A model generated the notes under the pieces. It searched no databases, had not been told where the DNA came from, and saw only the letters and a program-made list of their open reading frames with translations. This document shows positions 34,669 through 46,924 of a stretch of 64,000 nucleotides of DNA, piece by piece. Source of the stretch: Fistulifera solaris (lineage: Eukaryota). The translations under genes were made by a program, and so were the position numbers. Position 1 is the first letter of the stretch. The number at the start of each line of letters is the position of its first letter. The stretch is from positions 434,001-498,000 of the forward strand of contig AP026153.1 in the NCBI GenBank assembly GCA_030295235.1, given 5' to 3'.

Positions 34669-36492
34669 ATGTTGACACCGAGGAAAAGCACCACTTCAAC
34701 AACCGAAACGCCGACACGCTGGACGCCGCAGAAACTTCTGCAAAATGATACATGGATTTCACTGGTTGAAGCGCAACAGCTAGCCCATGGGGAAGTCGAG
34801 TGGTGGAAATGTCCGAATGTGAATGGGGATCAAATTGATTTTTGCAAACACCCAATCCAGTGTGGAGCAATGGAAGCAAGATGTACGTCGGTGGATGGCA
34901 AAAACATCCCAAGAAAGCTTACTTTCAATGGCATGGTCCTGGCGTCTACTATCGTCAAGATGGTCGCGTTTTGGTGGGGAAATGGGTTGATGGCAAGCTG
35001 AAAGGTTTAACCAAGCGCTTGTGGTGTCCCAACACCCCTTGTTGGCAGGAGAATCGAAAGGCGGATTCAGTCATTAAGAATAGTGACAAACAAGGAGTAC
35101 CCTTCATTTACATCGGTAAATACAAAGGTCACTGCAAGGAAGATCACCACGCAGTCGTAATATTAAAGGATGGCACCACACGCCGTGGGCCATGGAAGAA
35201 AAAATGCCCCGGTCGGAGATTGGTGGAGAGACCACGAAAAGGGATACACATCACCCGAAGAGATTAGTAGAATCATCGGTTTTAGTCAGATTGAATTCAC
35301 AGCAAGTGAGACGGAGCCCGTTGTTGCGGCCGCCTCGACGATTGACGATGACGAATCACAGGCTCCCACGTTGATGATGAATAACACGACGAAACTACCG
35401 GACATTGACAATGAGCAGCCGGAAGAACCCGAATCGCATGTATTTGTTCCTGATTATTACAAAATGGTCAACAGCAACAATCTTCCACCGCGGAAAATAT
35501 ACTTGGAACCGGATACCAGCGAACCAGGAGAAGTAATGCCAGGCACGGAGTTGGCGCATACCGTGGGAGATGACGAGGAAGAAATTATATTTGTGGCAGG
35601 CGACAGCATGGATGAATCTCATGTTCCAGAAACAACACAGTACGACCACGATCTTCCCACGACAAAACGTCTTCCCAAGGACGTTAGTATGATCGACCCT
35701 CTCGTGTCACCTATCACCGTTTATGATGAGCAACGGAGTGCGCCGCACGATTTGCCTCAGAAGCTGCTATTTGGTCATGACGTGGAGGATATATCTCAGG
35801 AAGATGTAGAATGGGACGGCGAGCCAGGCGACATCACAATGGGGACAACAGGTTGCGATGTAGATGACAAACCAGCACAGGCTCAAAGCGATGAGCTGAT
35901 GGGAGAGGAAGTGCCGAGTGAATATAAGGAAATGACGGCTGTCGAACGAAGCGGCAAGATAGAAAAGGACCTCTCGAACCTTGCGGTGCCTGCTAAATCA
36001 GCTCAGATGGAATTTGCATCAAGTTACAGTATGCACCAGCTTTCTGCACTAGTCAACTGGCTCATGGTTGACGTCATTGGCTCAAATCCAAGTCAAGGCG
36101 AAATGGAACAATATGCCCGACATCTTCTTGACCTAGGCTTGCATTCCTCATTGATGATAACGTCTACATGTACAACCGCCGACGCAGCCAATTTTTCGTG
36201 GATGAAACCATTCCATCGTCGTTGCTTTGTGCTATGGGCTCACAAGAACTGCGAAAACTATTATCAGAGGCAACTAGTTTCAATAACAACATGGCTGCAA
36301 TTTGAGGTGATCGGCAACGATGCTGATATTATGGAGATGGGGTATTACGCCAGAAAACTAGTTTCAGTCGGTTTTCACTCTGTGAAAATGATTTTAGCTG
36401 TCTGCACGTACGACGACGTAGATGCATTCGATTGGATGAAGCCTGTCCATAAGCGCCTCTTCATTGTGAGAGCAGGAATTGCTCAGTGTTGA
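34669..36492 (+). CDS. MORN-like + double SAM-like protein (paralog 2); two homopolymer frameshifts
   Basis: Shares ILKDGTTR.GPW...PVGDWW.DH and FDWMKPVHKRLF with paralog 1. ORFs 34669.., 34842.. and 35170.. join at a T run (~34839-34843) and an A run (~35199-35204). Confidence 0.72.
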
Positions 36493-37571
36493 TGCCATGA
36501 CATTTATAGTTCAATTCAACCATACCTGGCCGTACATGTAGAGATAATACATTCAGCTTATCATCTAGCTTTCTACACTTCAATGCGGTGCTGCTCAAAG
36601 TGTTTATTCCAGGGCTCCAATTGCATGTTGGCTTCGCATTTATCTTGCATTCCGGCATCGAAAAACATCAAGAAGGAATCATGCGTGGTCGGCCCTCTAG
36701 TGTCAGTCGTTAGGTTTTCACTCCTCACTCTTCACACTTCACCTCATTAATAAGCATAAAGTCTAAGATTAACGCATCTTCTATCTTCTATCAATCACTA
36801 TTCATCACAATAATGTTTCTCCGCCAATAACGATGGTCGGTGATGCTAATGATTGTTCCACGTGATTGCTGAGAGATTGATAAGGTTAGCTGAGCCCATG
36901 TTATGAATGATGCCGGAAGTTCTGAACTCTCGATGCTTCACAAAAATGTGCCCCTTGAAAAATCGAAAACAGTCCCTCCTGATACTATACAGTAAAAAAT
37001 TACTCTTTTGCAGAGTGTACTGAGTCATTGATCACGGTCATTAGTCATTCGTCAAAAATATAAGACTTAGTTGGTATCGTATCTTCAACTTGAACGTACT
37101 CATTTTGCTCTTTGCTAATGATAAAAAGTACTGAGTATGGAATAGTGATTACAGTTGACGTTTGATGTTTGATGTTGTTGTTGTTGAATGGTTGAATGTT
37201 GAATCTAATACCGTTTTGACATTGCTTCTACATATAGAATTAATAGTGCGATGTGTATTTGCAAACTAAGAAAACACGAACCCCGAAACCGAAATAAATT
37301 ACCGATCCAAGGAGTACAGATTCTCCGTTCTTTATTGTTTCTAGTTGAGGGGCATAGATCCAATAAAGTATTTCCGTTAATGTTGGACGGCAACTTCTCC
37401 GTCGGTGGAACACGTGTTTTTACTGTAGAAGCTGTTCGTTTCGCGTTCCTCGCGTGTAGCGTTTGATCATCCGCCGCGGCGAAAATGAGAACACAACACA
37501 CAACCGACCAAAAGCATCACTTCCTTAAACCATTTCGATTCTCACAAATAAAACGTTCACAAGCAAAGAAA

Positions 37572-38407
37572 ATGGATCACTGCCAAGAATTTTACTCATC
37601 GCCAAAGCCGTGCACTACAATGGAAGTTGAATCCGAAGTGACCCCGGCTGAGCAGGAGCCTTGTTTCTCGCCCAATCTTGTCTCCGAATTGCAAGCCCAG
37701 GGCATCCTCCGCCTGAGAAAGGGACAGGTCGTGGAATCGATTTCATGCTTTCACAAAAGTTTGAAAATGTTATCGAGAAATGAAAATGAAAAGTTAGTTG
37801 AGAGTCAACTCAGCTCGATGATGTCGATTGTGGAAAACTCCGAAAGCAACGTTGAAATGAATTTTTTTCAAGAGAGATTTCTTTTACCGTCGACTTGTCT
37901 GAAGAAAAGAGTTCGCTTTCTCGGAACGACGATTTATTTGTTCAATTTCGACGAGCACTGTATTTACCACCCGACTCGGCGTTCACTCTTCGAGAAGACG
38001 AACTGTTTCATCACATCATGTCGGGAGTTCTCATGTACAATATCGGACTTGCCCTTCACATTGAAGGTATTGAATCATGTCGATCCGAATTGCTACCGAA
38101 TGCTCTCCATTTCTACGCCATGTCCCATCACACTTTCACCGAACTATGTCGAGGATACGTGCATGTGGCCGATAGTCTGAATCTGGCTCTGTTGGCCATT
38201 GTGAACAACATCGCTCATATCAATGCGCACCAACGGAACATCAACGATGCACTCATTTTCTGCAATGAACTCTCCTTACGGTTTTCATGCATGCTCAGCG
38301 CTATCGAGAGAGGCGCTCCGGAGCTTCCGTGCGAAGATTACGAGGTATTTGTATCCAATGTTTGTTTCGGTACCGAGATGAACCGTTATCCAGCTCCTGC
38401 GGCTTGA
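37572..38407 (+). CDS. Helical TPR-like protein; one frameshift
   Basis: QAQGILRLRKGQVVESISCFHKSL and GVLMYNIGLALH...LAIVNNIAHI. ORFs 37485..38180 and 37895..38407 join at or near the T7 run 37862-37868. Confidence 0.65.
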
Positions 38408-38659
38408 AACTTCTCTGTTTGCTTCTTAGGTAAAAGCTGTGAGCTGTATAAAGATAATCCCTTACCTAGGAAGTGATCAGAATGATAAACATATTCTAGA
38501 TGCACTTTCATCAATATTTATTTTTTTAAAAAAAAGTGATCGTGTTCAGGGAGGCCTTTTGACGGAATAATTCAAATATGCCTGTACGACATTGTGACGT
38601 TTTAAGATTTCACCCCCGGCGGTTTTTTTTACCATGCAACAAAAGACGGCAACAATCAA

Positions 38660-40219
38660 ATGCTTGATACAAAACTGTTTCCGTCACTCTGCACTTTACT
38701 TAAAACGCAAGCGAAGATGGGGGATTGTCGCATTCGAATTCAATACGATGCATCACTGGAAACGACGAACGAGGCAGCAAAAGGTCGAGAAATGAAGACG
38801 TTGATTGATCAATCCTTCGCTTCGGACAGTACGGTTCATGAAGTATTACTGGCTTTCCAAATCAAAGGATATTCTGTACTGCAACTCATTGAGCATGACA
38901 AAGTCTGCCTTTGGGATTTTACAGTTTATCCGGCTGTGAACGTTACAAAAAAGTTCGATGCAACAACAACACTCTTCACGGCGGGTTGGTTCCCTTCGGC
39001 TCGGCTTCACATACTACCAATGGGAAAAGTTCCTTTGACGGCTTCCGCAAATGCCTACGACGACGAGCCCAACACTATTCTTGAGGCGAATGATAAGATC
39101 CAGCACGTCTCGCGCACGGGTCAGGTTCTGTCGGGTCGAGATAAACCTTCCCAATTACTGCAATCGGCGATTGATACATCCATTCCTCAAGAAGATGAAA
39201 TGGCAGCGAGAATCATTCGAAACGAAAATCGCCAAAATTCAGCACTGAGACAAAAAGAAAGGCTAGAACGACTGCAAAAACAAATACAAACTTTGGAGCA
39301 AAAATCGGGGAAAACATCAATTCAAGTCCGAAAGATGCTCATCAAAAGCCGCGCAACTGGGCGACAGAATTTGATCGACCGTCTCCATTTTAAGTGTTAC
39401 ATCGTTCTCGATGATGACGAAGTGGAGCAAAGTGAAGAAGAGTATCGCTTCTTCTCGCCACAGGATACCGCCGGTAAGGTTGTCGAGTCATTCTCACAGA
39501 ACCGCGGCGCTCGTCGAGGTGAGCTATTGGTGACCACCAAGTCTGGCGCGTACCTTCGTCTGCCCACGTTGATGAGGCTGTATGAGGCAATAGAAGCAAA
39601 TTATGTGGAAGATTTTATGACGGTGGTTATCCGCTTTTATGACACGGGCCTGTGTCTAGAAACGCCAAATATTGAGGAAGGCGATAAAGCATTTGGAAGT
39701 GCCGAACAAATTTGCGATGATAGTGCACCGGCGACAACAGTCGCCGCCTTGGACAAACAAGAAGTCTCGACTACCGAAAATTTTTCCGCAAAGACTTTGA
39801 TGACACTTCCGCAACTCGCCGGGGCACTGACGGCCTTAGATTCAAAGGCGAAGAAAAGCGGATCGTCAAAGCCAAAGACCACAACCGTCGACAAGGTCAA
39901 ACAAATGCAATTGAAGGCGAGAGCGAAAGGTGATGGAAAGCGAGTCAAACTTCCTGATCGATTCTATTTCGAGCTTGTTGTTGTTACGAAGGACTGTCAT
40001 ATTGACAGAGTCGAACCAGTGTTTTTGGCCCAGAGTGATCCCTTGTCGCGGATTTTACGTGATCACGTTGCCGCACCTGGACGCATGCTCGTTCACCGTG
40101 TTGCTGATAGTTGTGCTTCTTTTCAAATGATTAACGATACGAGTATTTGCTTTGAAGACGCTATCAGGAAAGGCGTCATCGCCGCGTTTGGCCGAATAAT
40201 TGTACTGTTAGACGAATGA
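38660..40219 (+). CDS. Putative UBX-like domain plus two ZFAND1-type ubiquitin-like domains
   Basis: 519-aa ORF. TLFTAGWFPSARL resembles a UBX C-terminus. Two internal repeats, VRKMLIKSRATG...DRLHF and VKQMQLKARAKGD...DRFYF, resemble the ZFAND1 UBL start as I recall it. Confidence 0.6.
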   Translation: MLDTKLFPSLCTLLKTQAKMGDCRIRIQYDASLETTNEAAKGREMKTLIDQSFASDSTVHEVLLAFQIKGYSVLQLIEHDKVCLWDFTVYPAVNVTKKFDATTTLFTAGWFPSARLHILPMGKVPLTASANAYDDEPNTILEANDKIQHVSRTGQVLSGRDKPSQLLQSAIDTSIPQEDEMAARIIRNENRQNSALRQKERLERLQKQIQTLEQKSGKTSIQVRKMLIKSRATGRQNLIDRLHFKCYIVLDDDEVEQSEEEYRFFSPQDTAGKVVESFSQNRGARRGELLVTTKSGAYLRLPTLMRLYEAIEANYVEDFMTVVIRFYDTGLCLETPNIEEGDKAFGSAEQICDDSAPATTVAALDKQEVSTTENFSAKTLMTLPQLAGALTALDSKAKKSGSSKPKTTTVDKVKQMQLKARAKGDGKRVKLPDRFYFELVVVTKDCHIDRVEPVFLAQSDPLSRILRDHVAAPGRMLVHRVADSCASFQMINDTSICFEDAIRKGVIAAFGRIIVLLDE

Positions 40220-40228
40220 AAAATCGTA

Positions 40229-41614
40229 TTAGTACGTTATCGTTTTGGGTCGCTGCCTTAACATCCTCCGTTTCGCTGGAAGCAACGTCTTCATGATAAA
40301 TTTTCTTTGACGACAAATCATGGAATTCAAATCGAATACAAAAGGCTTCTTGCATCCGAAGTTACAGGATACAGGTGCATTACTATCAACTCCGATTGCA
40401 GGATAAAAGTCCTGTTGAAGCTCTGACAACGAAAGGTTTTCGAAAGCATAACCCAAGAAGACGCCGTGCCATGTGAAAAAGATAGCCCGACGCTGATAAT
40501 CAATGCCGCAACCAACCGTATCGCCTATGCCAAAGGAGGGCCGTGCTGACGCAACAATTGTGGAGACCCTTGAAAGAGACCTCCGTCATCACCATGATAT
40601 CCATAGGAAAATTTATCCCATCCTGCGAAAAAAGAACAAAAATATCAGTTTCAGGATGCAAGATATTTGACATTCCTAGACAAAGCTTGTTTCTGCCGGT
40701 CTTACCTGGCATACGCTTACACCAGCGAAATTTCTCTGTTGCCAAACCAATGCCAACAGATTCTCCCACCGATGTACGCGCACTCCTAGTTTCCCAAGTA
40801 GATCGATCCTCGAGAGGAGGTGGGTGTATAGTTGCTTCAAAGTAAGAAATGAGACGAGGCGTCATGTTCACGACGGGCCGGGGAACATCCGGAATGTGAC
40901 CTGCCATATAAGGAGAGACGAAAGGTGCCCAAGTTGGTCGATTGTGATGCTTGTAGAAAAGAAAGGAAGTTTGTTGTGCTTTCTAATCGTTTTCAGTTGT
41001 CTTTGTGTCAATAACATTGGACGGGGCAACGGATATGTGCTACAAAATGATCGATCCGCTTCTCCCACGCGACCTGTGTACTGGACTGCTGCGTCTCCAT
41101 CGTCCGTGACAATCTCGGTCAGCGACAGCTTGAAATAATCACCAGCCGTGGTACGAAGCCAACAAAAAGGATTCTTGACTACGGGTTGGAGGGCTCTCTT
41201 GTCAATGCTTGGTGGACCTTTCTCGGCGGCTATAGACAAGAGCGTAAGCATATTTGGTTCATCACAATCCTCCCGGGTGGCGTTCGGTATACAAAGACTA
41301 TCCGTTGTTTCTAGTACCTCTTCGGGTAACCATTGCCATGCTCGACGACAGTACTCCCACCAAAATGCATCTGCTGAAGCGATCAAGTTGCGGAAATGAT
41401 GATTGACGCGGTTGAGTTGACGCATTTCCTTTATCGAGCAGAACTCAAAGATATGAAGGAGCAAGTCGTCACTCAACTCAGAAAGTGAGAGAATCTCTGA
41501 TGGTGAAGCGTGGTGGAGCGTGCTCGATGCATCGAATAAAGTACCGTTGGACTTCGTTCGGTTGTTGCGCCATCGCGACAACCGATGCTTGCGTGACCCA
41601 ATTCGTATGTCCAT
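40229..41614 (-). CDS. F-box + SPRY (RanBP9-type) protein, paralog 1; one intron and two frameshifts
   Basis: F-box LSELSDDLLLHIFEF; SPRY TPRLISYFE, MPG|WD...GYHGDDG, FLGYAF, FYPAIGVD...CNFG. Intron 40623..40705; frameshifts near 40957 and 40531. Confidence 0.82.
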
Positions 41615-42100
41615 CTTTGCCCTAAAAGTAGACGATAATGGTCAATTTCGAATCTTATTATCAAGTTTTGAGGACTTTTATGGCAAGTCTTCGATAAAGA
41701 TCACAAAGAAGAAAAAGGAAAATGACGATCCGATGGGTTGATGTTCGCAAAAAAATGGAAGGTAGAGGCCTTTCCAATCATTTTACTGTACAGAATAAAG
41801 TACAGTCACAGTCATCTAAACTGGCATTTCGGCTATTTTGCCACGTAAGAAAGAACGCTTTCCCAATTTCAAAACGCACGACCCGTTTGACCGAGTCGGA
41901 GAAATCCGAGCATAATCTTCGAAATTTTAGCCATCGAAGAAATCTAGGTCTAATCCTAGCTTCCGGTTGAAGGCGACGTTAAAAACTTGAGAAAGTCTGT
42001 ATATACTTTTTTATTTTTAAAGGACAAGTAAGTTTCAAAAATATGGTCGGAATCATCATCTCGACGGGCTGCAAGACCAAAAATACGGGTAATGTCCACA

Positions 42101-43465
42101 TTAATTTTGATCAATCAACATCGATTGAAAGACAATTGAACTTTGGCTGCAGACCATAGATTTCAAGTCAAACAGAAAGCCTTCGTCGCAACCAAAGTTG
42201 CAAGCAACGGGGCAGTGCGTGTCCAAGCCCACCACAGGGTACAAATCTTGCTCCAGTATTTTCAACGACAGCCTTTCAAATGCGTAGCCCAGAAAATTCC
42301 CGTTCAGTGTGAAAAAGATGGCGCGACGCTGATAGTCCACTCCACAGCCCACGGTGTCACCAACTCCAAAAGTGGGACCAAATTTGCGAATCATTTGTCC
42401 TTGGTTGTGATAAACACCGCCGTCATCGCTGTGATATCCAAAGGATTGATCGTCCCATCCCGCCATGCGGTTCGAAAAATGAAACTTCCGCGTGCCCACG
42501 CCAATGACGATGCAGTCACCTTCTGATCTCGGTCGAAGTGGGCCATTCAAGTGATTGGTAAATCGAAAGGGAATTGCGGGCACATCTTCGCGGGGACTTT
42601 CGATCGATACTTCAAAGTACGAAATGAGACGAGGAGTCAAGTGTACACCGTCCATATCTAGAAAAGGAGCGACGAACGGTCTCCAGAAAGGTCGTTCGCG
42701 CTGAGGGACGCGATGACAGAGACGGTGCATCCAATTGCGCAAGGCAGGGAACGGTCGATGATCTGATTTTCGTTGATTCGATCTACGCATTTGTTGTTTG
42801 GTAAGTTTCTGTGGTCGGGGTAGCGGTCGATCGGCTTCAATCGATCGATTTCCTTCTCCGATCGGACCTTGATACTGAATGGCGCGTCTACCGTCGGGGA
42901 GCTCGACAACGTACACATTCGAAAAACTCGACCGGAAGGGTAATCGATGTAGTAACTTGGAAAGACTCACACGAGACATTTTCTGGGAAGCCAGTGATAA
43001 AAGAAAGACAACGTTCGGTTCGGTGCTCACTTCGTCGATGCAATGCATCGGAATGTGCAAGTCATCGACGATTTTTCGATCCGGATTTAGCCAAGGCCAT
43101 TCTCGGTGACAGATTTCTCTACGTACGCCGTCCGCTTCTCGGGAAGCAATAATATTTCGAAGTCGATGATTGATCTGTATGAGTGTGCGAGTCGAGGCAT
43201 TGTCGCAAAAGCCAAGAATGCAAAGCAGCAGATCATTGCTGAGTGTTTCGAAGCTTGCTCGCTCGTCGCTTTGTGAATAATTCAAACCAAGTGGCTGACA
43301 ATCCGACGAGGCGTTATTGCTGCTGATTTGGTGATATTCTCTGGCATGCGAAGAGTTATCCGAGAGCTCGTGAAAGGAGCTGTCCGTATCGGTGTAGGAA
43401 ACTGCACGACGCTTCGCGTACGCTTCGACCGCCGATGCTCTTTCAAAGATTGTTGTTTCTTTCAT
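42101..43465 (-). CDS. F-box + SPRY protein, paralog 2
   Basis: FETLSNDLLLCILGF; TPRLISYFE; MAGWDDQSFGYHSDDG; FGVGDTVGCG; IFFTLNG; LYPVVG; CNFG. Confidence 0.9.
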   Translation of the reverse strand: MKETTIFERASAVEAYAKRRAVSYTDTDSSFHELSDNSSHAREYHQISSNNASSDCQPLGLNYSQSDERASFETLSNDLLLCILGFCDNASTRTLIQINHRLRNIIASREADGVRREICHREWPWLNPDRKIVDDLHIPMHCIDEVSTEPNVVFLLSLASQKMSRVSLSKLLHRLPFRSSFSNVYVVELPDGRRAIQYQGPIGEGNRSIEADRPLPRPQKLTKQQMRRSNQRKSDHRPFPALRNWMHRLCHRVPQRERPFWRPFVAPFLDMDGVHLTPRLISYFEVSIESPREDVPAIPFRFTNHLNGPLRPRSEGDCIVIGVGTRKFHFSNRMAGWDDQSFGYHSDDGGVYHNQGQMIRKFGPTFGVGDTVGCGVDYQRRAIFFTLNGNFLGYAFERLSLKILEQDLYPVVGLDTHCPVACNFGCDEGFLFDLKSMVCSQSSIVFQSMLIDQN

Positions 43466-44193
43466 GGTAGATAGAGTCGTTCACTCGAGCGACGACAAAG
43501 AAGGTGTGAAATGATGGATTGGATGACTGATGGGAAGATACCAAAGTGAAATAGAATTCATTCGCCTTCATGATGGATGTCGCAAAATGCCTTCTGTCTT
43601 CTCATCTTCTTGGTCGGCGTTTCGGCGGCGGCTAAAGCGGCGTCATCTGTTCTGACTTTGTTCGAACTATAGATGTTCAGTACCGGTTCATCTGAAGAAC
43701 AGGGACGCTTTGCCAATCAAAGATACCCTGCACGTGTCCAGCAGGTGGCACGACTGAATTCGCTACCTAGACTTCTACGTGATGCAGTACTCAAAACGTG
43801 CTCTTCAAAAGTCGAACCCTGTACTTTAGTGTCCATCAAAATGTAGATTACTTTTTGTAAGTTTGTTCAAGTCCCGAGTCCAACAATTTAGTAAAGGGTT
43901 ACAGGTCAAAATTCGGTTTTCAATACCGAGAGCCGAGAGCCGCGACGGCGAAGCAAAGAACAGAAAGAAGCAGTACCTCCTACTTTCTCATTCATAGTAT
44001 CGAGTCACTTTTGCCAAGCTTTCGCGATGGAAACAGGTGACATCAAAGACCGTTCAATCCCACACATCTTGGTACAAAGGCTTCCGCACGGTTCTCGATG
44101 CTGTCAAACGCTTCGGTCGAAGAAGATCGCCTTTTGCAGAATTTCGACCCTATTGCTATAGAACCAATACCTTATTATAGATAACTAACAACG

Positions 44194-45591
44194 ATGAGAC
44201 GCGTATCCTCTCGACAACGCTTCGCTCTTTGGGATGGCTTTGCCGCTGTTTCGTTGGAGAGCGAGGGTGACGAGTATGAACACGAGATCATGGATGACGC
44301 CACGCTTAAGCGGAAGAGACTCGAGGTTCGTCAAACCGAAGAGCCGCAAGGGATAGCTCGAGTCATTCCTGCTTATGAGTGGGAAATTGATCGCTCGGAG
44401 GGTGCACCTCAAACCGACTTTCCTCTGAATATGCTCAACGATGATATCGCCGTGAGTGTCCTCGAATTCTGTGATTTACGATCCATTCGAGATGTGATGC
44501 AAGTCAATCACCGTTACCGCGAATTGATTACTTCCGAAAAGGCTGGATTGTTGTGGAAACACATTCTATGTCAGAAATGGCAGTGGCTTTGTCCGGAGAA
44601 TATGCGCTTTGTCGATTCACTGGGTCCCCCTACGACGCATGATGCTACGACCAATTTTGCTCTCATAATGACGCTAGCGGCCGCCGCGTCGCCCACTTGT
44701 ATTGATGAATCCTGCTTTGTTCCGACACGATGGGGTCAAGCGCTTCGTCGCATGCGCAACCGTCCGACGGATGATAATCAGTTAGAGCTAGAGACCGTGA
44801 CGGTGCACGATGGAGGCAACGCCGTTCGCTTCACTGGACTTGTCGGTATGGGTGATCGTTGCATTCGCTCCGATCATCCCTTGCCTCGTCCGGAGCGTAT
44901 CAACTCGAATACTATGTTTCTGGAAAGCCTCGAAGATCTTATTTTGCGCTATTCGCCGTTGCCGAAAGAACACGACGACCAGGTCGAAGAAGATTTACCC
45001 GAATGGAGGCCTTTTGTGTCACCATTCGTGACCAAAATGGAGGAGGGACGACCGGTGGTCAATTTGTCACCGCGGCTCATTTCCTATTTTGAGGTTTCCA
45101 TTATGAGTGCACCGGTAGATGAAACGACGAACCATGCCGCGCGTGTACTGCATCACGGCTTTTTTCGCTTTGAACAAGAGTGCACGGCTGTTGGGTTAGC
45201 AAACGAATACTTTGCTCTGCACTCTCGTATGCCGGGATGGGATTCTTGCTCGTACGGCTACCACGGAGACGATGGTGGCATTTTTCATAAAACCGGACAC
45301 ATGCTACGCGAGTACGGTCCCACATTTGGGGCTGGTGATGTCATTGGGTGCGGTATCGACTACCACAAACGCGCCATCTTTTACACTCACAATGGAAAGT
45401 TCTTGGGCTACGCTTTCACATCTCTGACGGATCACGAATTGGAGAAGGATTGGTATCCGGTCGTAGGTATCGATTCGAAGTCATTCATAAAGTGCAACTT
45501 TGGACAAACACCCTTCCTTTTTGATCTGGAAGCCATGATGGAAGAAAGTAGTTTTATTGTCCGCAAAACGATTATCGGATCCTTGCAGTAG
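44194..45591 (+). CDS. F-box + SPRY protein, paralog 3
   Basis: LNMLNDDIAVSVLEF; SPRLISYFE; MPGWDSCSYGYHGDDG; FGAGDVIGCG; IFYTHNG; WYPVVG; CNFG. Confidence 0.9.
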   Translation: MRRVSSRQRFALWDGFAAVSLESEGDEYEHEIMDDATLKRKRLEVRQTEEPQGIARVIPAYEWEIDRSEGAPQTDFPLNMLNDDIAVSVLEFCDLRSIRDVMQVNHRYRELITSEKAGLLWKHILCQKWQWLCPENMRFVDSLGPPTTHDATTNFALIMTLAAAASPTCIDESCFVPTRWGQALRRMRNRPTDDNQLELETVTVHDGGNAVRFTGLVGMGDRCIRSDHPLPRPERINSNTMFLESLEDLILRYSPLPKEHDDQVEEDLPEWRPFVSPFVTKMEEGRPVVNLSPRLISYFEVSIMSAPVDETTNHAARVLHHGFFRFEQECTAVGLANEYFALHSRMPGWDSCSYGYHGDDGGIFHKTGHMLREYGPTFGAGDVIGCGIDYHKRAIFYTHNGKFLGYAFTSLTDHELEKDWYPVVGIDSKSFIKCNFGQTPFLFDLEAMMEESSFIVRKTIIGSLQ

Positions 45592-45963
45592 ACCGATGTG
45601 TGGCATCGCTTGCCGATGTATTGCTACATTATTTGTGAATAAATAATTACTTATTAGAAATAAAATAGCCGTATTTGACTATTATGTTTTGGTTCGTTCA
45701 TAAGTAAAGGATTGTGTTGGAGCTAAATAGTTCAAACTGCTTTCACAAAGGAGGGCTACATTTTTTAGGCTATTTTAGACTATAGAGGGGTGTGTTCGCT
45801 GTAGCTGCGGTCGACGCAAGGACGACCATGACAAGCGCTAAAAAACACCACCGCGCCTTTTTGCAAACATCACTTTGATAACAATAACGTATCACAATTT
45901 GTTGAAGCCATTTTCCTTTCTCTATCTCGCATTTATCAATTAGACGCATCATAACTAATCATA

Positions 45964-46924
45964 ATGTTCCGATTAAATAGGTTAAAAAGCCTGGCAACAA
46001 TCTTCAATCTTTTACTCGTCCTCGCTCCATTCACAACCGCTTCCGTCGGACGATCGTGGACGTTGTATCATGCCATCGTAGACGGAATAAGTGAACCAGA
46101 GTTTACCGTCCGTGGTCAAGTGACGTTATCTCTAAAAGACCCAAACGAAGTCTCGACGAAAAAAGACAAAAAATTGTCGGCCATCAAAGGCAAAGACACT
46201 GATTCACCATTCCGAGTCGAATTGCAGCACACGGAAGAGAAGATACCACCTGACTTCATGCAACAAATTCTGAAAGAAAATGCTTTTTATCAATTAAAAC
46301 TGGTACCCAATGATTCGCGCTCCGCTCCTTCGATCCTTTCTACGGTTCCCGCTTGTCAGTTGCGTCGAGCGAACTTTCGGTGAGTGTAATGCATGCTTGT
46401 TCTGTAGTTGCCGAGTCGGTTCTCAGTATTTTGTTTCTAACTTTGTCCATATCAATTTCAGCGATGAATTTGTCGTAACACTCGGATCTGACGCGCAAGC
46501 CATTAGTATGACATACATTCCACTCGTCTCGCCTCTGGCCCCCGCTTCGTGTAGCCACTACGAAGCAGCAGACCATGACAAGGATTTTGTCTTCCATTCC
46601 CGACTTTCCGCGGAAACTACCGTTCCGGGTATGACACTGAAGACGATTTTACCCGATTACCAGCCGCCCCCGGGATTGACCTTCCTCAAAGGAGCGCACC
46701 TTCACGTAAAGGAAGCGATGGGGGATCAAAAGCCGGGTCAAGAGCAAGATAATAGTTTCCCTTATGGTTTCATGAGGAGATACTGGTATATTTTGCTGCC
46801 GCTGTTTCTGATGAACTTTATGTCCGCCGGCCCTCCGCCAGAACAAGGTGGAGCAGAGGGTGCTAGCGAAGGCACGCCAACAGCCGGTGCTGGGGCTCCA
46901 AAGCGTCGAGGAAAACGTGATTAA
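45964..46924 (+). CDS. EMC10: ER membrane protein complex subunit 10-like
   Basis: Signal peptide; STVPACQL; C-terminal FMRRYWYILLPL transmembrane motif and a Gly/Ala-rich tail. In-frame GT-AG intron 46380..46461. Confidence 0.75.

Noticed and set aside
13931..45591. Ubiquitin-system gene cluster (MYND-RING, FHA-RING, UBX-like, three F-box genes)
   Set aside because: These families are large and the genes are interspersed with unrelated ones; there is no evidence of functional clustering beyond the F-box trio.
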